NCBI RefSeq assembly: GCF_006345805.1
Contig: NC_043016.1
Location: 21,514,001 to 21,578,000, forward strand
DNA from: Octopus sinensis
Lineage: Eukaryota
Direction: 5' to 3'
Length of the DNA: 64,000 nt
Position 1 is the stretch's first letter. Every line of letters starts with the position of its first letter. The notes below the pieces were generated by a model that was not told the origin of the DNA, did not search any database, and saw only the letters and a list, made by a program, of their open reading frames with translations. Made by a program: the position numbers and the translations under genes. Positions 25,185 through 37,726 of the stretch are shown in pieces.

Positions 25185-26135
25185 CATGTCTGTTGGGCAG
25201 CTGACCTCTACAGTAGTGCATGACTTTTGTTCTCTGTCCCATAGAACACTATCAGGTCTGTTATGTTCGCACTGAATTGATGTTTTTATCAGGATTTTCC
25301 ACCAGTATTCTTTGTTTTTAAAGATATGAATACCTGCTGGTCCTGATATGCCTTTGATCAGGGCAGTCCTTCCTATGGATAGCATTGTAAATAGTCTTTG
25401 CAACTATATCATGCCTCCGGGACAGGTAGTATCTCGTTGACATTTTAGGGAAGCTACTGCTGATGTGAGTGATATCTTTCACATTGAGATAGTATAGCTG
25501 ACATCTTCTGTCACAATGTAGAGGTTGAGTGGTATCTTTGTCTCTTTTGTTTATTAGGAATTTAGTACCTATCTCCTGTTCCTGAATAGCAAAAGTATAT
25601 CCTTCTAGGTGGGATGTAATGTATCTATTGCAGGCCCAGGAGAGGCTGCTTTTCATGTCAATGCTGTTGTTGCCCTCTAGCTTTCAAGATATGTTCCCAT
25701 GCCTTGCTTTTTGTTGGTATGATATCTGCTTTCCCTCCAATCTTCTGTTTAGGTTAGCAAGTCAAGCTTCCTTTGGGTCACATGAGACTGTTTTATTCTC
25801 AGAGTAACTGCACAGTAGTTCTTTCCCAACCCTGAAGATGTTGTTGCTTTCACTTTTGAGTATGCATGGAATATACTCATTTCTTTCTTTACTCTTCAGC
25901 AGGTGTTGTCTGGGTGATACAATGTCACATTCAAAGGCTGTTTGAACTGACCTTGTGCCTACTGCCATCACTTCGTCTCACATAGATCCTATCAGTGTTA
26001 CTGTTAATGTAGAAGTTACGAGTAGTGGTCAGTACCTTTCTGGTCTTGATGTGTATCTCATTGAGTGTCCAGTCCAATATCCCAAATGTTGGTACTAGCA
26101 CTGGTACTACAAAAGGTATTGTGAGATATGGTCTT
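25185..26135 (-). mobile_element. R4/Dong-like non-LTR retrotransposon with restriction-like endonuclease (C-terminal fragment)
   Basis: VPVLVPTFGILDWT, YTFAIQEQEIGTK, a decayed CCHC (CQLY...ITHISSSF..RRHDIVAK) and HNRPDSVLWDREQKSCTTVEVSCP (PD..D/ExK-type). Confidence 0.8.
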
Positions 26136-26239
26136 GTTAAATGCAGACAGATCTGAGTTCCATATTTTCTGGAGTCTACAGCAGTACTCTTTTGTTATTC
26201 TGGCTTTAGTCACATACATACATCTAGACTAACTCTCTT

Positions 26240-26985
26240 TCTAAGTAGCTCAACTAATTAGGAAGAGTGTTAGTCTAGATGAGATGCAGTTTGGTTTTGT
26301 GCCAGGGAGAAACACCACTGATGCTATATTTCTGGTAAGCTGCAGGAGAAGTATCTAACCAAATATAAACCTCTGTACTTGGCTTTTGTTGGAGAAAACC
26401 TTTGACAGGATACCACCCCCTGCTTCCTTATCTAGTGGTCAGTTTGAAAGCTAGGGATAGATGAGTGGTTAGTGAGACTGATACAAGCCATGTACAAGAA
26501 TGCTGTCAGTAAGGTGAGGGTTGGCAATGAGTATAGCAATGAATTCATTTTAGAGGTAGGGGTTCAGCAAGGATCAGTTCTCAGCACCCTCTTGTTCATC
26601 ATAATCCCCCAGACTATAACTGAATTTAAGACTGGCTGCCCTTGGGAGTTCCTCTATGCTGATGATCTTGTTCTTATAGCTGAATCACTACCAGAACTAG
26701 AGAAGAAATTTCAGATGTGGAAGCAAAGCCTAGAATCAAAGTGGGGCCTTAGAGTTAATTTAGCAAAGTCTAATGTCTTAGTAAGTAGGAAAACACACAA
26801 ATCACAAATCCCTTTTGAGAGATGGTCCTGCTTGATATGTAGAAAAGGCATAGGCAGAGATTCCATTAGGTGTACTCAGTGCAAGCTATAGACACATAAG
26901 AGGTGGAGCAATATCAGAGGAAGGTTAACAGAAAAAGTAGTCTTTGTGTGTGGCAATAAACATTAGAAATGTATAGAAAATAGAC
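26240..26985 (+). mobile_element. Older RTE RT fragment (same family as 55456-57945)
   Basis: VGVQQGSVLSTLLFIII, CPWEFLYADDLVL and WSCLICRKGIGRDSIRCTQCKL. Confidence 0.9.
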
Positions 26986-27304
26986 TTTGTTTAAACATTT
27001 AGGATCTACACCACAAGTACTATAAACTAGACATTTATCACATCTCATTCTTACCTGCCTCAATGTAAACAATTAGGTAGTTTTTTTTCCACTTATGTAA
27101 GAATTGAGGTACTGTAAAATTGTTGAGTGTTTTCTAAGATAGCAGTTTTGAATTCAGCTTCTCTTATGAGTATAGCTTGAAGAGGGATAGAATTTGCTAG
27201 ACCTTATTGCACTAAAACAACAGGTTGAGTAAGTTTTCTGATCTTTAAGACACAAAATATTCTGAACTAATATAATTAATTGTAGATAATCTGGTATTTT
27301 GTAG

Positions 27305-27380
27305 GTACTTGCGTTTGATGCTGTCACATGATGTATTTCAGAAGGACCAACAATTGATAAAATTTCTGTCAGAAGTTGAG
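27305..27380 (+). CDS. Sorting nexin exon: end of PX domain
   Basis: attttgtag|G...GAG|gtaaga; 76 nt, phase 2-0, completing AA+G = K; YLRLMLSHDVFQKDQQLIKFLSEVE. Confidence 0.92.
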
Positions 27381-27384
27381 GTAA

Positions 27385-27441
<57 letters not shown>

Positions 27442-27779
27442 TACTTTAAATGAATTATAATATTTTAATGATTAACTTTGATATAGTTAATTAGATATAA
27501 GACAGATTGTGAAGCTTGTAGAGTATTGCAGGAAATTGATTTTATTTAGTCACAGAAACTATTATAATAATTAAATATTGATGATGGAATTCCTCTCCTA
27601 AACTTTAGCTTCTCCAACTGCTCTTAGTTGTTGATATTGTTCAGTTTCAGACAACCCAAACTGAACAGACCTTGAATTAAAGACATTCCAATTCTGACAT
27701 AGGATGTGTGATGGATTCATCACTTTGAACCATAAACAAATAGACAATCCATGCAGTGAAAACACTTCTCACCTATTCC

Positions 27780-28335
27780 AAAGAAGGCCAAAGTCATTTC
27801 ATCTACAAGGAAGGTGATAGCCTAAGTTTTTGGGGGTGCAGAAGGCATTGCATTTATTAACTACCTTCAAAGAGCCACACTATCAGTAGAGAGTATTATG
27901 TCAACTGCCAACTTGTTGAGGCAGTTATGAAAAACTATCAAGACCAAATACCCAGGAAAACTGATGGAAGGTGTATTGTTTCATCAGAACAATGCTCCAG
28001 CCCACAAGTCCTTGGTTTCAATGGCTGCTGTGTGTGACTGTGACTTTGATCTGGTTGTTCAGCCTCCCAGTCTCCTGATTTAGATCCCATCTGACAATCA
28101 TCTGCTTCCCAACATGAAACAACACTTGGCCGGAAAGCAACATTGCAGTGATGACAATAATGCCATATCTGCTATTGATGACTTTTTTAACTGACAGGAT
28201 GAAAGCTTCTTCACCAAATGGGAGCCAAGCATTGCATTACCAACGGAAGAAGTGTGTGTACCACAAGCGGGTGGTGTGTTGAAAAATAAACCCCATTTGA
28301 TTACATTCCATGAGATTGTCTAGGTCAGCCTATGT
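27780..28335 (+). mobile_element. Mariner 3' fragment
   Basis: GVLFHQNNAPAHKSLVSMAAV, SPDLDPSDNHLLPNMK and the terminal GGTCAGCCTATG. Confidence 0.85.
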
Positions 28336-28735
28336 GATTTATAAATTATACAGATGCAAGGTGATTATGAAAATTATAAGTCTCATGAATGTGTAGTGGG
28401 AGAAATAAGGATAAATGCAAGTTCCTATGCACTTTTCACCATTATTGTTGTTTGGAGCCCTGCAATAAGGTGTTCTAAGTGCATTTAGATGCCCACACTA
28501 CAATAGATCATCAGGGAACACTTCATTGCATTATGCTACGGATATTTACAAAGTTGGATAGATAGTGAAGCGTTTTGTAATTATTTTGAGAGGGAAAAAG
28601 AAAGAAAGCAATTGGATGAGAAGGCAGTATATAAGGTACAAGAGAAAGGGTAGAGTGGTCGTTAGAGTAGAGTAACGAGATGAGAGAGAGAGAAGAAAAC
28701 GACTAGTGGAAATAAAAGTAGAAAGAGGATAAGAA

Positions 28736-28835
28736 NNNNNNNNNNNNNNNNNNNNNNNNNNNNNNNNNNNNNNNNNNNNNNNNNNNNNNNNNNNNNNNNN
28801 NNNNNNNNNNNNNNNNNNNNNNNNNNNNNNNNNNN
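28736..28835. other. Assembly gap (100 N)
   Basis: Run of N. Confidence 1.
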
Positions 28836-28839
28836 ATAA

Positions 28840-29420
28840 ACTAATTTGTCACTTACTTCTCTGTAAAAATGCAGTTATAATATCCATTGATCTGCATACC
28901 CAACCAAGAGATGTCATAATTCATAAATCTATATATGGACCCACTTTTGAACACGTGGGTGAGTCATTTCTAGTATTACTAGCATTCCTATCTTGAAAGC
29001 ATCTAGCCACATGTCTATCTTTACAAATTTGTTTATCATTTGACATTTCATTTGTATAAATCCATATTGTGGATATTTTAGGTTGACCTTAAGCAGGTTT
29101 TTGCATATAAATTTGATTCTTGGTCCAACTATTGAAGTTCTGTTTTCTCTTTTTTACCTATATATTTAAGGAAGAGGAGGAGGTGGAGGAGGAATTCATT
29201 GCATTTTCTTCTGAAGAAAAATGTTTATCTTCATTTGCTTATCATGCTCAAAATCCAATCAAAATGGTTCACCTTGTTCCATAACTGCATTCATTAAATA
29301 CTTGTTTCCATCTTTTGCTTTGCCTGCTCTGCTAATTACATTCACACTCCATTCTAGATTCTCCTCATCTGCAGGTTTACATTGTCCTGCTTTGGGAAAG
29401 ATAATTATTTTCAGAATAAG
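28840..29420 (-). mobile_element. Ty1/Copia (GalEa-like) LTR retrotransposon remnant: integrase-RT spacer and RT start
   Basis: Minus strand VISRAGKAKDGNKY, GQPKISTIWIYT, HVARCFQD, DSPTCSK and SLGWVCRSMDIITAFLQ, in Copia RT order; frameshifted and ends near the gap. Confidence 0.75.
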
Positions 29421-30799
29421 TTTTTGTTTAGGTGATCTATTTCTCATATCTTATAGGTTGACCCTCTATGCAAGTACAGAGTCTGGTAAAATTATTTTTA
29501 GTCTCTGAGTCTTAAAGATAAAAGATGATCAAACTGGATGAGATAATCACTATCATGTCCTTCAGCTATTGATATTGTTCAAACATTCTTATATGCTAGA
29601 TATTGATTGATTTAAATCTAAAAAAAAAAAAATGAATCCTGGGGAGAGTTGTTACATTCCATCATCATAATTTAAAGTGGCAATATCCATTTCTAACACA
29701 ACTTCTCTGGCCTTTCCTTCTATAGCAGATTTGAAATTGAGTTGCTGAATAGCTGAGTAAGTGTCACATCACAGTCATTTCACATGATCGACTGATTAAC
29801 AGACCAATCAGCATTGAGCCATCATGTGATTCAACCCTCTAGAACCTTATAACAAGGCTTATAAATAGATGAATTTTTGGTGCTAATTTCAGAATATTGA
29901 AGCTATTGCAGCTAAAACTATATTCTCATTTCCATTCTTCAGCCATTTGCAGATATAGAATGCTGAAAAGTTATTTTATCTACTTCATACTCATGTTTCC
30001 ATTCTCCAGTCAAGCAGATAGATGATACAGATTTGCTGTCATGAATTTAGCACAATATTTCTCTAGTTGTGACAACATAGTCACAGAGCTTTATGTACCA
30101 GCCATTTTGTCATAGACTACAAAATTTGTGTCTCCCAGTGTTTATAAATGGTTGTTTATATTCTTTGTTCAATGACCAACACAGAAAATACTATGTGCAG
30201 TAAATAAAGCTGCTGTCAATAGTTCACGAGTGTTGTTTGTCATTTACATACAGCCAACAACCCAACAACCATATATGACACTTCTAATGTAAAGAAAACT
30301 GTAGGGCTCATCTTCTAAGTTTTAAGCTGGTTGCTAATTTCCTTATCTGCAGTTCCTTTCTCCAGGATTCACAATTTCATGTTTTTAGTGGTGGTGATGC
30401 AAGTAATTTTAAAGTCATCTTGTATTCATGAAATAACAGAAAGTAATGATTTAAAATATAAAGAAAATTAAAATTTTATATCATTTACATAATAATCAAC
30501 TCAGCAACAAACATGCCTGCTTACATCTTGTGTTGCTTTGTCTATCACTTCTCTCCCTATAAATAATTGGAGATGGTTGTTTCCCTTTAAGAAATAAATT
30601 GGATTGACCAATGTAAAAAGAAACTACATTGCATGAATATATATATATAATGGTAAGGATTAAAAGAATATAATCATGAATATAGGTAGCCAGAATGAGA
30701 TTCATCTGAAGGATCTGTGGAGTAACATTATTTGACAGTGTGCATCACTACTTCTCTGTATTGAGAGGTCACAGCTCTGGTACTAAAGACACAATGAAA

Positions 30800-31000
30800 A
30801 TATCGCAAGAAAGGCTTGCAAGAATCTTCAAGCCAACTGGCAGGAAATCTAGAGGTAGACCAAGAATGAGATGGTTGGATAACATCCATAGTTTCAGTTG
30901 GTCATACTTGGGAATCCAATTGGAAAGTATAATGATTGTTGCTTCTGATAGGACCCTATGGAGGAGATGCCTGAGGACTCTATCTCTATGACCCTCTCAG
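30800..31000 (+). mobile_element. RTE LINE 3' ORF fragment
   Basis: GRKSRGRPRMRWLDNI...VASDRTLWRR. Confidence 0.7.
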
Positions 31001-31797
31001 AAATAGTGGGCAGAGAAGATGGGTGGATGAAAGAAATATGGCATGTTGATGGTAGAGAGTATTTGTAATAGCATGCTTCAGCAACCATTATCTTTATATC
31101 ATCTTTAATGACAACATCATCATCATTGACACTGTCAGCACCCGTATTATTTCAACATTTGCTTTTCTACACTAGAGTTGGTTGGTTGGTTGGACAGATT
31201 TGCAGTGATGTATAATTGCATGTCTTTTTAGTTTAGCATCATTTGACCTAGACTCAGCATCTTAAAATTGTATCTCAGAGCCTTTTTCTATGTGTTTATT
31301 GATTTTTCTTTTGCCACTTTTAGCATTTGGTTTTTCATTTAGCTGATATTGTTTACTCATATTGATCTTTAGATTGGTGTAGTGATGCATTTCATCTGCC
31401 AATATTCTCTGTAGTGGCACAGTTTGACTGAGAATCAAACTTGTGCCAAATTCAGTGAAAGGATCACTTCTACCACCATAGCCAGTCAAGAACTCAGCTT
31501 AATAAATACCAAGTTTCTGGGTGATTCACACAGCAACAAGTTTACAGATATGACTTGACAGAATGTTAGCTGAAATATAAATAAGATAATATAAACAAAA
31601 CCAAGTGGATTCATAACAGTGTGTGTGCATGTATGTGTATATATATGTACACATCTAACTCTTTCTCCTCTTTATTACTACTTGATTTGTTCTTTGTCCC
31701 CCCCCCCCACACACACCTCCTATTATCTGTACTACTTCTGACTATTAAGTTATAAATAAGTGCTTCATCCATATCTAAGTATTGTATTATTTGATTC

Positions 31798-31892
31798 TCT
31801 GTCTGAAGAATTTCTAATATGGAATTTCTTACATGTTTTCCTAGTATCTACAACTTTGTGATTCCTATTAGTAAATGAAACACATGTAGTTG
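31798..31892 (+). ncRNA. Partly degenerate hammerhead ribozyme with extended helix II
   Basis: CTGAAGA (31803-31809), ATTTCTAATATGGAAT pairing with ATTCCTATTAGTAAAT, GAAAC-ACAT-GTA (31877-31888); helix I weak. Confidence 0.6.
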
Positions 31893-32190
31893 TAAATAAA
31901 TGATACCAAAAAATTTTCCTATTTCCAGAATTTTCAAATTTAATATGCATCTCACACCAGTACAATCATACATGGTCAGTGACCTCAGAAGTATAAATAG
32001 ACCCCCTAGCGATATCAAAATTATCTGATCTAATTTCTCTAGTTCACAATTAATTTTCAAATTTCATAATACTTTCCTTGTAAAACTTGTCATAAATTAC
32101 ACATTTACTTAGTAAAATACAATTGTAATTTTCTTTAACTTATTTTTAAAATATTTCCATTATGATTTCTAACATTTTGTTTGGCATATA

Positions 32191-32225
<35 letters not shown>

Positions 32226-32619
32226 GTAACAAAAGCGGAACATGGAAATTTTTGGTATTTTTTTTTCCATTACACATGTTTCATTGCTAATAAGAATCAT
32301 AAAGATTTACATGTTATATAGACATGTAAAGAATTTCCTATTAGAAAAGTGTCAGACAGAAAATTTTTATAATACAAAAATCCATTTTGCTGAAGTGTTT
32401 ATACTTAGATATTAATCAAGAGCATCACAAATAACCCTAGTGAAGGAAAGAGAAAAATTTACACACATATTAGTGCAGACATTCACACACAAATATACAC
32501 AAGTGCATAGATAAACAGTACACATGCCCATATACACAAACATACACATATATATTCATAAATAAATTGTATACATATGCAAAAATCCACACATAAATAC
32601 ATACATATATATATATATA

Positions 32620-33094
32620 TGAAGAAAAGAAGGGTAAAGAGACCGCTTGCTAAAAATGAAAGCAAAAGCTTAAAACCCTCCACCAATTCTATGATAAATA
32701 CACACATGAGCAATGTAATGAATATTTTAAAAGATAGGCCTACCTTCAGGGTAGAATTTGAAGGTAGTTTACTACATACCCCAATATTAATTGATTTCAT
32801 GCTGGATGTTTAAAGTTAGAAACGCATACTAGTTGACATAGTGAATATTTTAGAAATAGATGTTAAACACTGTTTCCAACTGTGGATTGCAAAGCATGTT
32901 TTCTCATGCATAGCATGAAATCAATTAATATTGGGGTATGTAGTAAACTGCCTTCATATTCCATCCTGAAGGCAGGTTTATTTTTTAAAATATTCATTAC
33001 ATTGCTCGTGTGTGTATTTATTGTAGAATTGGTGGTTTTTTTAAACTTTCACTTTCATTTTTAGCAAGCGGTATCTTTACCCTTCTTTTCTTCA
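32620..33094. mobile_element. MITE/foldback element with ~190-bp inverted arms
   Basis: 32620-~32802 is the reverse complement of ~32912-33094 (roughly 85-90% identical by eye); AT-rich flanks. Confidence 0.85.
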
Positions 33095-33170
33095 GATATT
33101 TCATATTATACCTGTTTAGGTAAAAGCCTTGCTAGCCACCTCAGTAATAATACTTCACATATTTACATAG

Positions 33171-33189
<19 letters not shown>

Positions 33190-33201
<12 letters not shown>

Positions 33202-33716
33202 TATATATACATATATAAGAGATAATGGTGTCATTGAAACCCAAAGGTGTCAGGTAATGCTGAATAAGTGCTATAGACAGACCATAGTTAGGTTCCAGAT
33301 TTGGTAATATTGCGAATAAAGGGTCTAAAGTTGGTTCTATGTCAGCGTGTGTATATAAGAATTTTTTGCGTAATAAGATAAAAAACCAAGGCTGTATAGA
33401 TATTAGAGCATTTATAGATAGAAGGTCTTACAGCTGTTTCTAGGATATTAATTAATAATATCCCTTCATCAGAGACGGTGTAAGAGGAAAGTTAAGTCAT
33501 AGTTAGTTTAGATGTGATACAAAATAGAGAGTGAGGTGGAGGAAAGAAAATAAATGCAAGATATGTATGGGTATTGAAGTTGTAAATCTGTTTTATAGGC
33601 ATAATGGTATACATGCCAATATCCTTTGAGTAAAATCTAAAAGTCCAACAGAGTTTAATATGAGTCCTTCGAATATAGAGTTTATAAGCAAAGTAAGATT
33701 CCCTTATAATTGAGAT
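33190..33716 (-). mobile_element. Penelope-like element 3' end (endonuclease tail and pLTR with hammerhead)
   Basis: [14 protein letters not shown] resembles the PLE endonuclease C-terminus and lies upstream of the hammerhead at 33425-33476. Confidence 0.65.
33425..33476 (-). ncRNA. Minimal type I hammerhead ribozyme
   Basis: GTCT-CTGATGA-A-GGGATATT...AATATCCT-A-GAAAC-AGCT-GTA-AGAC: canonical core, 4-bp helix I and palindromic ACAGCTGT helix III. Confidence 0.85.
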
Positions 33717-33771
<55 letters not shown>

Positions 33772-33837
33772 TGTATATATGTATGTATATATATATGTGT
33801 ATGTGTGTGTGTGTGTATGTATATATATATATGTGTA

Positions 33838-33890
<53 letters not shown>

Positions 33891-34066
33891 GTATATATAT
33901 ATGTATACATATATATATATGTATGTGTATATATATATATTTATGTATGTGTATATATATATGTATACATATATATATATGTATGTGTATATATATATAT
34001 TTATGTATGTGTATATATATGTATGTGTATATATATGTATGTATACATATATATATGTATATGTAT

Positions 34067-34123
<57 letters not shown>

Positions 34124-34135
34124 GTATATATATTC
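33717..34135. repeat. Compound (TA)n/(TG)n/(TATG)n microsatellite
   Basis: Direct inspection; source of the YI/CV-rich pseudo-ORFs. Confidence 0.95.
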
Positions 34136-34410
34136 GAAGAGAGTTACAGGCTGTGAATCCAACCAACTAAGGGATAATATCTATCCAATATACTGCTGGT
34201 AGAATACCCAATTATTAATACACAAGTGATTTTTATTGCATTGCAATTACATCACCAAATGTACTAAATGGGTGAAGGTGGTAAAATATATGTGTATATA
34301 TATATATATAATCAATCTAAACATGAACAAGCAAGAAAAAACAGCAACACAAGGATGTGGAATAAGTACAGTGTTATTGGACGCTCAGAAAAGGAAAGAA
34401 AAGAAAGAGG

Positions 34411-34445
34411 ATTTCATGTTTTGAGTGAAGCTCTTCTTCAGAAAT
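34411..34445 (-). ncRNA. Decayed minimal hammerhead in a PLE pLTR-like repeat (same family as 46964-46998)
   Basis: ATTT-CTGAAGA-AGAGCTTCACTC-AAAAC-ATGAAAT; G12A. Confidence 0.5.
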
Positions 34446-34687
34446 AGAGGAAAACCCAAAGGAAGAGAAGACGGAGAAAGAAAATCACCAACAATACACA
34501 TGTGGTCACATATTGAAATGACCAGAAGGGAATGAGTGAAGAAAAAGTTCTTTCTATGACAAGAGAGTGCAATAAAAGGAGGTATGTGTGGGTATGTGCA
34601 TGCACGCAGGTCTGCCTGTGTGTGTGTGTATAATGATAGCATGTGTATGTGCATGTGTGTGTGGTTGTGGCTGTTTATATATGTGTG

Positions 34688-35383
34688 TGGTTGGACTTAG
34701 TGTCACTTAAAGTCATAGGAAGAATTTATAGTAAGAATTTTGGTAGGAGTGGCTGTCTGTTGTGTGTTTCCCAACGCATGTGTGTAGGGGTATGGTCAGT
34801 AGAAAGGTGTTTCACTGGTAGTTTGAGGTATGTGTGTGTGTGTGTGCAAGTATGTATATGTAGTGTGTGTGTGTATGTGTGCACGTGTGGGTATGTGTGT
34901 ACACATAAGGTTGTGTGTGGGTTGTGTCTGTGGAGTAAATGTATGTTACTCTGTGTGTGTGTGTGTGCGTGTGTGCTTGTATGTGCATGTGTGCACGTAT
35001 GTATGAGTGTGTGTTGTGTATGTATGGGAGGTATGTGTGGTTCATTGTGTGTGTGTGTGTGTGTATATATGTGTGTGAGTGTGTGTGTACATGTGTGTAT
35101 ATGTATGTGTGTGTGTATTTTGTGTGTGAACAAGGGGTTGTGTGGGGAGGTATATGTGCGCTTTTTTGTGCATGTATGCATGTGTGTGTGTGTATGTGTA
35201 TGTGCATGTAGTTGTGTTGCATGTATGTGTGTGTATGCAGGTGTGTATATGTGTATGCATGTGGTTGTGAGTGTTAGGTATGTATGCATTTGTGTGCATG
35301 TGTGTGCACATGTGTGTGTGCGTGTGTATGTATGTGCATCTATATGTGCATGCGTATGTGTATGTGTGTGTGTATGTATATAT

Positions 35384-35455
<72 letters not shown>

Positions 35456-35805
35456 GTGTGAGTGTGTGTGTACATGTGTGTATATGTATGTGTGTGTGTA
35501 TGTGTATGTGCATGTAGTTGTGTTGCATGTATGTGTGTGTATGCAGGTGTGTATATGGTATGCATGTGGTTGTGAGTGTTAGGTATGTATGCATTTGTGT
35601 GCATGTGTGTGCACATGTGTGTGTGCGTGTGTGCTTGTATGTGCATGTGTGCACGTATGTATGAGTGTGTGTTGGAGGTTAAACACCTTTCTACTAGCCA
35701 TTCCCCTATGCACATGTGTATGGAGACACACAACAGACAGCCACTCCTACCAAAATTCTTACTATAAATTTTTCCTACAACCTTTAGTGACACTAAGTCC
35801 AACCA
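34688..35805. repeat. ~128-bp inverted repeats enclosing an ~860-bp GT-rich low-complexity tract
   Basis: 34688-34815 is the reverse complement of 35678-35805; the interior has internal duplications (e.g. ~35270-35330 and ~35570-35630). Confidence 0.85.
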
Positions 35806-35825
35806 AATATGCTCCTTTGTCACTT

Positions 35826-35988
35826 ACATTATAGCTTTGAAAAGAATAACTGTTAAAATCGAACTGCACTCTTCAAAATTTGCACTAAGAATAATGATAA
35901 GGTAAAATTACTACCTGTTTTTATAGCAAGTTGATGCAGGTAGTTTTCATGCAATTGAAAAACTATGCATTATCTATGGGATGACCCA

Positions 35989-35991
<3 letters not shown>
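35826..35991 (-). mobile_element. Mariner terminal fragment (same family as 6847-7452)
   Basis: TTATAGCTTTGAAAAGAATAAC...CATTATCTATGGGATGACCCAATA. Confidence 0.8.
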
Positions 35992-36021
<30 letters not shown>

Positions 36022-36184
36022 TGTATGTATGTATGTATGTATGTATGTATGTATATGTTGTATGTATGTATGTATGTATGCATGTATGTATGTGTGTATG
36101 TATGCATGTACATGTGTGTGTGTGTATATACACTTACATATATATATATGTGTGTGTATATATGTATACATATATGCATGTATG

Positions 36185-36245
<61 letters not shown>

Positions 36246-36467
36246 CTCTTTTCTCTCTATTTTACTTGTTTCAATCATTTGACTGCGGCCATGCTGGAGC
36301 ACCGCCTTTAATCGAGCAACTCGACCCCAGGACTTATTCTTTTGTAAGCCCAGTACTTATTCTATCGGTCTCTTTTGCCGAACCGCTAAGTAACGGGGAC
36401 ATAAACACACCAGCATCGGTTGTCAAGCAATGCTAGGGGGACAAACACAGACACACAAACACACACA

Positions 36468-36504
<37 letters not shown>

Positions 36505-36676
36505 CATATATACGACGGGCTTCTTTCAGTTTCTGTCTACCAAATCCACTCACAAGGCTTTGGTCGGCCTGAGGCTATAGTAGAAGACACTTGCCCAAGG
36601 TGCCACGCAGTGGGACTGAACTTGGAACCATGTGGCTGGTAAAGAAGCTACTTACCACACAGCCACTCCTGCGCCT
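36246..36676 (-). mobile_element. Full-length young tRNA-derived SINE with internal (TA)n/(GT)n
   Basis: Head AGGCGCAGGAGTGGCTGTGTGG (A-box-like) and GTTCAGTCCC (B-box-like); CpG-rich; purine-rich 3' tail. Confidence 0.9.
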
Positions 36677-36748
36677 ATATATATATATAATATATATATA
36701 TATCATCATCATCATCATTTAATGTCTGCTTTCCATGCTAGCACGGGT

Positions 36749-36790
<42 letters not shown>

Positions 36791-37129
36791 TATATATATA
36801 TATAATATATAAATATATATATATTAGAGAACTCACAGGAATCAACCCACTGTAAATTGTGATAAGGCTATTGTTCACAATGGAACATGTAAACCTGTAT
36901 GTACATGCGTGTGCCTTTCAGTTGGAGGATTGAAAAGACATGTCAAAAGAGTCGTACTGTGGCACCTGTTTCTTCTGACAGCCAGCACAGCTGTGCATTA
37001 TGCAATAGAATGTGCAAATCTTTTGCCTGGTTCAACATTGCATCCTAACATTGTATCATCAATGACTCATTTCAGTGATTCTTTCTAGCAATGAGTTTGC
37101 TTGTATATTAGAAAGCAACTACTATATGT

Positions 37130-37140
37130 GTGTTTGTTTG

Positions 37141-37215
<75 letters not shown>
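37130..37215. repeat. (GT)n microsatellite
   Basis: Direct inspection. Confidence 0.95.
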
Positions 37216-37218
<3 letters not shown>

Positions 37219-37442
37219 CGTGCATGTGTGTGTGCGTAATGCCAGTGTAGCATAACCAGCCCATTTAAGAGCACCCTTCAATCATTGGGCAATAAACTGT
37301 GCTTGAAAAGGCCTGTTGAGTCAAGTGAAATCATTGTTGTGGCCAATGCCAGTACTGCCTGACTGGCACCCGTGCCGGTGCCACATAAAATCACCATTTG
37401 AGTATGGTCAATGCCAGTCTCACCAGTGTGTGTGTATCTATA

Positions 37443-37478
<36 letters not shown>

Positions 37479-37726
37479 TATAGTAAAAAGTGGAGACTTT
37501 CAGATGATGAATTTTTATGTATAAATATATAGTTTTTTATATTAATAGGTCCAGCATACACAGAGTACAAACAACAGAGAAAATTAAAGGGGTGGAAGAA
37601 AGGTATTATAAGTTCAACAGCTGTTTCTGGGGGCTCAAAGTTCTATAATAATGTTGGTAGATGTAACATAACTCAATATGCACATGCCCAGATCAGTGTG
37701 TGTTTTTATTATATTACATAACAGAA

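Noticed and set aside
29171-29508. Plus-strand acidic or hydrophobic ORFs after an AG
   Set aside because: Antisense shadow of the Copia remnant.
30496-30705. YIGQS-containing minus-strand ORF as an N-terminal GIY-YIG of the adjacent element
   Set aside because: Only one short motif, and the downstream element is Copia; at most an isolated PLE scrap.
33492-36436. Long ORFs rich in YI, CV, HT and MYV (also at 3221-3594, 48729-50091 and 53656-54505)
   Set aside because: They are translations of (TA)n, (GT)n and (TATG)n microsatellites.
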